A DNA stretch of 64,000 nt, from NCBI GenBank assembly GCA_051362555.1, contig CM120640.1:21266001-21330000 (forward strand), in the 5' to 3' direction. The notes beneath the pieces are model-generated. The model was not told the origin of the DNA. It made no database searches and saw nothing but the letters and a program-made list of their open reading frames with translations. Source of the stretch: Lingula anatina (taxonomy: Eukaryota; Animalia; Brachiopoda). The translations under genes were made by a program, and so were the position numbers. Positions 61,099 through 64,000 of the stretch are shown piece by piece (position 1 is the stretch's first letter; each line of letters starts with the position of its first letter).

Positions 61099-63800
61099 CT
61101 GAAAATAGGAAATGAACCATTATATCACTAGAGGATCAAATTTTGATATTTCAAGGCTGTCTTTATGTCATATGTGCATACAGTCCTGTGGATTGGTGAG
61201 TTTATCAAAAGGATAAACAATTTATGATCATTGCAACTTTGGGACTCGGCTAAGGTTGGGTTTTCAAATGTCAAGATGCTATATATTGCAACTGTCTTAG
61301 CTACATGTATTTCTTACCCAAATGCAGAAAAAATTCCATTGGTGTTTAGGTTCTTACATTCACTACACCTGGTTATCATAAGTTTTGAAGTTTTGGAAAG
61401 ATTTAGAGGATGCCAGAAAAAAGGTAATTATAATTATGACCCAAACTGCCAAATTCTATCAAACCTGATGACTGCTTACATGATAAAAAAGGTTAAAATC
61501 CCCAAAGATAACAGCATTTTGGATTAAATGCAAGATTGCATGTTGATGACATAAGCATCCAGTGCTGAGTAAGTTCACTAAGGAAATATGAATCTAACAT
61601 TTTAATGTTAGTGCAAAAACAAATTGAAATCACGAACAAAACAGATTGGATTCATTCAAACGTTACTTCATACATGACACAGTAATCTAATCTTACTAAG
61701 CAAGCATTATGTCAAAACGAGAAAAACTGAGTAAATATATTTGACTTAGGATCAGGCCCTTGGGTGAGCTAGGGGCAAATGGTAATAAATTCCTTGGTGT
61801 CAGGTGCGTTTGTTGTGGGATTAACTTACTTTTTAGGTTATCAGAATTTCATTTTTCTCTGAGACTTCTTCCTTGTTGAATGATTGGACATGGATGGGAA
61901 GACTAACTATCAGTCTTTTATTTTTTTTTTTTTACAGAGCTACTTACGAGTAATCATAAATTACCGGCAAGTTAAATTTGCAATTAATTCTGTACAATGT
62001 CCAGAAAATCTAGCAAATTCTATCAACTGATAGTAGTTCTCTTAAAATGAGAAATATGAACGAGTAAGTTTTAATATAATTTTTAAGTACTGCATTGTTA
62101 TAGTAATGGATGTTCTTTATAATATATCCATTCCTTAAGAAATAATCATTTATCTTTTTAAAATATTTTTAAAAGCATCATCAACATACACAGTTAAACA
62201 TTCTTTTCTTTTAACAGTATGTCACTTTAAATGCTTTCTGATGAAGACCGTACAGGGCATATTTCAATTCATCGATGATTGTGTGATCATTTTCCTTTCA
62301 GTATAACAGCTGAAGCAAACTACTTTCCCTGGATGTCATACAAGGACAATGCTTTTGAATCAGAAGAGAATAACGTGACAACATTAATCTTTTGTGCCGC
62401 AAGATATCAAATCTATTCTTTATTAAAGATCACAAAGGAGCAAAGCCATAAGTTCATGGAAAAAGGTATCCACTTGTCTTCCAATATGTACTATGGCCTA
62501 AATGATGACATTTTGCAATGAAAAAGGACCATGCAAAAAGTGATATTGATTTTTACTTGTTCTATTATATTCATCAAATTAACACATGTACACCATACAA
62601 TGTAGATCTGTCATAAAGAAAATAATTCAATTCTATAAATTATGTAATTTCTCGGTGATTTTGTCATCTTCAATGCACACGGTACCATCAAATTACTGTG
62701 CCCATACTAAGTTCCAATAGTTTCCATCATTTAACTTGATAATTTAGGAGTATACAGCTACCCAAAAAATGGCTTTAACACAGTACAATCAACATCATTA
62801 TCCTTAGGCCCTGCTTTCAGGATGGTATTGATTGCTGGATGTTGAATTACAGCTATATTTGTGCATCCCACCTCTTTATTTTCTCTGCTAATGTATGTTT
62901 GCCCTTGCCTCAGAATCTGAGGGACTACAATGCAAACTGTGGAAATTCAACACATTATCTGCATTTGACAAATCTTTATGACGTCTGCTTTTACAAACAC
63001 AGAGCTGAGGATGAATTGACGCATTGTACTATATGCAATCATCAATTTGGTGAAATAAGTGGCGTTTCGGTCTGGCTGTCACATGGAGTGATATAATAAA
63101 TTGTCAATAAAACAGTAACATCAAAGAATATTTACTTTAAAGCATTACGTGGGGGATTATGCATTTCAAACAAAAGATTTCCATCAGAACTTTTCCTGGA
63201 TGGTTTGGAATTGCAGTTAAACTAATATCCTTTCAAATACTTTGAATTAATTCGGATATATCAAAAGACATTTTTAGAAGGAATAGAATCTGTTCAGTGG
63301 TTTTTGTGATTACCTTCTGCAATGGTTACCAAATGAAAATCACATAGATACAATTGATTTGAAAACTTTCTTCAAGCTCTGTGGGTATTATTAGACATTA
63401 TCTTTGTACAAGAGTGGAATCTAAGTGGTGCACTAATATTTGCAAACTGGAGAGAAAGAGAATATGATCCACACAGTTCCCAGGTAATGAGAATCAGAAA
63501 GTTTGAAGTCTGGGGTTTCTCAGGAATTCACACTTGATAGCCATAGTTGCTCTTGTAAGGCAAAATTATATGCTGTAATACAGAAATACATAGACAGGTG
63601 TAACATTTGTTCCCAACAATACCCAGTACTTATCTTCATGGAAAAAACCCGTAAAGAGCAGATGTCTGTAAAAAAAAAAAATCAAACACTGGTCATCAAG
63701 ACTATTTCCTGCCTTTTCTTCTGTTCAGTTATAGACCTTGGTCCCAAATCACTGAAACTAGCATTTCTCCTTACAAAGCATGCCTGTTGCAATGGTCACT

Positions 63801-63965
63801 CAGGGGCAGATTTAGGCCGTCTTCTGGGTCTTCTGGAAGACGGTCAGACTTTTAAGTTTACATTGACCGGTATCTATTTTTTTCTGTCGGAAGACGGTCA
63901 AAATGGAGGATGGTAATAAAGATAATTTGGAAGACTGTCAGAAAATATCTCTGGGTCCGCCCCTG
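63801..63965. mobile_element. CAGGGGCGGAT-type MITE, copy 2
   Basis: TIR CAGGGGCAGA / TCCGCCCCTG. Flanks GTCACT and GTTACT (6-bp TSD with 1 mismatch). Confidence 0.85.
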
Positions 63966-64000
63966 GTTACTGACAAAAAAGGATTTTGGTCAATTGGGTG

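Noticed and set aside
62279-63096. Short plus-strand ORFs with a CxxC motif
   Set aside because: No family could be recognised, and they are antisense within an SLC24 intron.

Overview
AT-rich, intron-rich animal genomic DNA. The repeat families look lophotrochozoan or mollusc-like (inference). Left to right: (1) the 5' half of PRMT3 (-), with a 5'-inverted, TSD-flanked LINE inserted beside a splice acceptor; (2) a head-to-head single-coding-exon SOCS-box gene (+); (3) a spliced cGAS-like receptor (cGLR/Mab-21 nucleotidyltransferase) gene (+, 6962-20021) that the ORF track shows only as its last exon; (4) a complete ~40-exon SNRNP200/Brr2 gene (-); (5) the 3' half of an SLC24/NCKX exchanger (-). 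Many MITEs and hAT remnants are scattered throughout. The main finding is the manually assembled cGLR. It has an N-terminal signal peptide or signal anchor, a Lys-rich stalk built from a tandemly duplicated 4-exon cassette, and an apparently catalytically intact NTase domain. Its intron 2 holds a very young, intact Ty3/Gypsy element with identical 113-bp hairpin LTRs and a -1 frameshift pseudoknot. All gene models were read by eye and have no transcript support.
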